Shown piece after piece: positions 60,201 through 64,000 of a stretch of 64,000 bases of DNA. The stretch's first letter is position 1. The number at the start of each line of letters is the position of its first letter. Under the pieces are notes generated by a model. That model was not told the DNA's origin and ran no database searches. It was given only the letters and a program-made list of their open reading frames with translations. The DNA lies in contig DF237031.1 in assembly GCA_000708835.1 (NCBI GenBank), forward strand, positions 124,001 to 188,000, given 5' to 3'. The stretch comes from Klebsormidium nitens (taxonomy: Eukaryota > Plantae > Klebsormidiophyceae). Both the position numbers and the translations under genes were made by a program.

Positions 60201-61302
60201 GGTTACTTACTGTGAGTCAAGCTGCTCAGAGAAGGTTGCCTTGGAATACGTCTGCATGCCACTTTTTGATACAGAGGACTGATGTCGCTTCGCTATCATA
60301 GGTGTGAAGAGTTCAAAGTAGCTTTCAAGGCTATGAAAGCCCCGAATTGTCTAGTTCAAACTGTTGCGGAGATGGCTTAACCAGACAAGTCCAAGTAAGC
60401 ATTCAATTCAAAGTAGGAGAATAATAACACAAGCATGTAGTTTCCAAAAGGAATGTGCTGCAACAGAACGCGAATTTGCCTGTAGAATGAGACAGCAAGA
60501 CCAGTCATTGCCGAGATCGTGACTAGGTGAATAACGATACTAGAAACCCACCTTCCTTGTCGGGAGTGAGACCGTATGGGAATGTCGGACCACGCACTGG
60601 TGGTTGGCTGCCTTCCATATTTTTTGTAGCGCTGAAAGTCCCGGTACTGAACGTAGCTCACGCCATTGCACTTCCACATCTGCACGGGAGTCAGATTCCT
60701 TTACAGATTATCGCACGAGACCCAACTTAAGGGCAAGTGCAAGAACCGGCTTCGGTCAATTTCATCTGATGCAGTTTCCAAACAAGCATTGGTCTTGTAG
60801 TCGGTGATAAATCGGCATTGCATCACAGTGGACTTTGACTACTTGCGAGCTAGATCTGGTAAGTCTCGTCGAAATTGATCAACGCCTGTGCACCGCTGGA
60901 TAGTGACCCTTAAATGGTGTGTGACCGAACGACACAGCTCATGTCCCCCGCATTGTAGTGAAGGAAAGTACGTATCAAAGAACCACAGCTCCCATTCTGA
61001 AGCCAGGCTGGCAATTTCCTTACTATGGACTCCTTCATAAAAAGGATACGATCTTCTCTCAGCAGTGCCTAGTGCCTTCATCACAAGAGACAGGATTTTG
61101 ATAAAAAAGAACAATCAAAGATCTCTCTTACCTGCCGCTTGAGCTTTGCATCAGCCGCTTTCCCAGCCAAGAGCAGCCGCCTGGTAGCGACATAGAATTC
61201 ATCTTGCTCGCCCATCCCGTGTGCAGGTTCCAGTAGCACTGCGTAGTAGTCTGGGTCCTGGCCTTTGGGCGCCAGCCCAGAAGCAGAGATGTCGACCTCC
61301 AT
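54287..61302 (-). CDS. WDR13: WD repeat-containing protein 13-like (WD40), 11 exons, ~498 aa
   Basis: Exons 61302-61132, 60679-60552, 59959-59899, 59611-59443, 59103-58966, 58613-58474, 57555-57508, 56659-56367, 55664-55543, 54737-54661 and 54436-54287 total 1497 nt. WDR13-type motifs: [85 protein letters not shown] and [38 protein letters not shown]. Confidence 0.92.
55914..56275 (-). repeat. Up to three progressively decayed copies of the WDR13 exon-8 3' end plus donor in intron 8
   Basis: 56200-56275 cacttcacccggaaaacggcaacgccctatccgtcgtgcttgcgagcagcaccgaccc versus the real cctcacctgaagaagcgcaacgttccgtccctgatactcgcgagtagcactggccc. Further copies lie at ~56065-56135 and ~55914-55970. Offsets are 158, 133 and 170. 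Confidence 0.75.
56750..56828 (-). repeat. Copy of the WDR13 exon-8 acceptor plus 5' end in intron 7
   Basis: gggcagtcgatggctgtttgtggttgacgcggcccgtgctgaaattgatagtctgtttcgaaac versus gggcagtcgatgctggctttgtggttgacgcggcccgtgctgaaattgattatctggtttggaaac; offset 154. Confidence 0.92.
58196..58375 (-). repeat. Degenerate copies of the WDR13 exon-6 3' end in intron 6
   Basis: ggacagctgtgcggagtgccatgatcaatgc (58340-58372) versus gcacagttgtgcggagctgccatagacgatccggatgc (58489-58526), offset 149. A weaker copy lies at ~58196-58250. Confidence 0.65.
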
Positions 61303-63434
61303 GGTCTAGGCAGGTGAACAAAGATGTTGATAAGACAATATGTCACTCAAAGGCGTGCAACTGCAGTGAAGATTGCAGTAACATATCCACAGCAATGGTT
61401 GGCTTTGGGAATCAGGCAGGTGGACCGGGGGCAGATGTCAGACGGGGCCCAATGCAGAAGCTTTGCCGAGCAGATTGCCCCAGATTCTTTGATTGCCCCA
61501 TGTTCAGCAATGAATACCGGTATACGTTCCACAACGTGTAAAAAAGTACAGACGGTCTTTATAGACTGCGACGCAGGACAGCGCGATGAAGGCCTATTGA
61601 GGCCCTCGTTAACCGAATTTGCGGCTGCGCCAGCCGAGCGACCCTGCTTTTAACGAAAGTAGGGAGCACCTTGCAAATAACAGAACCTTTGGAATTAATG
61701 ACAAGAAGGAAGTAGTCTGCAAATAACGTCGGAGTTCCTCGTTGTTGTCATCAAGTGACAATTCTCGAAAGCCTTCAATGTCCTTTGACAACCATCCCAG
61801 TGAAGGCAAAAGTTGCAACAGCAATGTGCCTTACCAATTTAATGCCCGGGCCGTTTGTCCAGAACAACCTGCACAGGGGTGCTCGCCTCCGCTTTTGCCC
61901 ACGCTTCTTGTTAACCAATCTGCAATTGCTTGTTTCCCATGAATTGGTCAGAACGTCAATAAGAGCATAAACCCTAGCCCACCCCAGTTCAAATGCACTC
62001 CTCAAATGGACTTCTCACCATCTCATGTGCTCTTTAACGTTTGTGTGTAACAATCTTGGCTACAGAGAGCTACTCTATTGCGGTACAGTGCTGTGAATCA
62101 TATGGTCATGGCAGCCTTGACATATTCAACTTTCCTCTCCAGCCAGGTGAGTGTAACAACTGATAGCAAACTTCCAAATGGCTTTCGACAGATGCCTTCG
62201 GAGCGCAGGATGATAAAGCAGTATCCTTTCTCAAAGCACAGAAAAATCTCAACATATGTTCCTTCGTCAGGGCCTGACAATTGGCAAAGGGAAAAATGGG
62301 GCTGGATGGCGCTTTACAAAAGCACCTGCTCACAATTGCTCCTTGCTTGCAGCTGGCATGCTGTTAACTCTATGTTGCTCCCTTCACTGCTTCAAAGTTC
62401 AGGCTCTAGAGTCTAGCTGCAGCTTTTGTTTGATCAGTGGCAGTGCTCAGCAGATCTTTGCAGGCGGCATTCAGAGCTTAATATACGGTTAAATTAACTG
62501 AGAATGCTCCATGAACCCTAAAAGCCTACCCAAATATGGGGGATGACACACATTAGCATTACAGCACAAGAAGCAGTTTTCTCCCTTGGTCGCCTAGGAG
62601 GAGCAGCGTAACGCACACGTTGTTTCCGCCGAAGCTTTCGTCCTAGGCGCCTACGTATAATAGGTAACATTTGTTGCCATATAAGGGGGACAGACTTGAG
62701 TATCATGTAGCATTCTTGCATGGTAGGCAAGCAGAAGAATGCTGCATTGCTACCTGGATCTGCTTAGGGCAGGAAGATTGGGGTGTATCTGAAGTGTGGG
62801 GCAGGGTTGAAAGGTGTCCACATTGCACCACCATCCAGCTAGCTTAAGGCCTTTCAAGTGCCCGGCCATTTATTCTTACCGACTAATTGTGGCGCGCTGT
62901 CGACCGTCCTCTGACCAGAAAGCAGACAGAGAGCTGGTGCACTTGTTGAGAAAACCATCTGGCTGCAGCTGACGTCAGTGGCTGTTCGATGCAAGCGCAG
63001 GGACCAGCAACAACTTTGCCCCAGGTAAGAAACGCATTGAAGCTGCACCTCTTCGGACAGCACTTATGTACGCTCTCTAGCTCTCCTTAGTCAGGACAAA
63101 TGTTGGACGCTCTATCTGCTTCCATGTTTTAAAACACCACAGACGTTAAGACTCCAGCTCCAGCTGCAAGCTGATCTTGCGGCGCCGCCGTCTAGCCCTG
63201 CACCGTGGCAGACGTTCAATCCAAATATACGATTCTGTGCATCATGTAAACTAGATCATTGTGGAGCCGGTTGATTGGCACCCTTTGAAGCCAAACAACT
63301 AAAATAGGTCTGTTGAGAAGTGTTTCCTAGCCCCGCAATATGTTCATGTGAGAGGCTCAGACAGAACCTTTTGGCGCACAAACTTAGGAAGGCAAAGGGG
63401 ATCCCTGTTCGTATAGCACTGGATTGCCCCATCG

Positions 63435-63829
63435 TTGTCGGATTGCCCCACAGGTTTGAAGTTTGTTACAACAGCAGAGTTGAAGCGGGATCCTCAAGGA
63501 ACCATGACCAACTTCGCCAATGTCCGTCTTGCAACCCACAGCATCGGCCCCCACTCTGGCGACACTGCAGCGATAATCCAAGCACTCCGCATCTTTCTGG
63601 AACTGCTCGCAGAACCCGGCTTCCTGAATGTTTGCCTGCTGTGCTTGTGCATTACTTCATGATGCAGCAGCTTGCGTGCAGACGAATGGGCGCGCTGAAG
63701 TCTGGAAGCCGAGGCGGACGACTAAGTGTACGAAGACCACACAGAGGTGTGGCAGGCCGCCGACTTGCCGGCCTCAATCATGGACCTGGTGCAGTACAAC
63801 GAGGAGATCCAGACTTTTCTGTGCACCAG
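63435..63829 (+). pseudogene. Exon-like coding fragments with in-frame stops (possible pseudogene or 5' part of a gene running off the right edge)
   Basis: AELKRDPQGTMTNFANVRLATHSIGPHSGDTAAIIQALRIFLELLAEPGFLN follows an acag/cag acceptor. Then ADEWAR*SLEAEADD*VYEDHTEVWQAADLPASIMDLVQYNEEIQTFLCT ends at an AG|gt at 63829/30. Confidence 0.25.
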
Positions 63830-64000
63830 GTCAAATTCAGGCCACTGAAGCTCAGCTCCAATATGGTGAGCGCGTTCAAATCCCGCTTGTTAACGTTAGG
63901 AGCGTGAAGGCATACGATGTTCAAAGTGAATGGACACTGTTCCATTTGGTTTGTCAAGAGAAGCTGTTGAGCATTTGCCTGAAGGAAGTATGAATGTTGT

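Overview
Intron-rich eukaryotic DNA with GC-rich exons and plant-type proteins. It is most likely a streptophyte green alga such as Klebsormidium; this is inferred from composition and homology and is not proven. Six protein-coding genes can be assembled exon by exon with canonical GT-AG junctions and consistent phase: (1) a partial Ser/Arg/Lys/Glu-rich coiled-coil protein (-, running off the left edge); (2) a GDPD1/GDE4-type glycerophosphodiester phosphodiesterase (+); (3) a plastid-targeted carotenoid cleavage dioxygenase of the CCD-like clade (-); (4) Mediator subunit MED14 (+, with a 6.5-kb intron); (5) a SANT/Myb plus bromodomain protein with a 5.1-kb acidic exon (+); (6) a WDR13-like WD40 protein (-). 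The main unexplained signal is a recurrent intron architecture. Introns of at least four genes carry 1-3 degenerate tandem copies ('echoes') of the adjacent exon edge together with its splice site. These are spaced 120-204 nt apart, always lie on the intron side, and often show CpG-type decay. This suggests ongoing intron growth by serial duplication of splice junctions, or an unrecognised reservoir of alternative splice sites. No rRNA, tRNA, CRISPR array or intact transposon could be supported.
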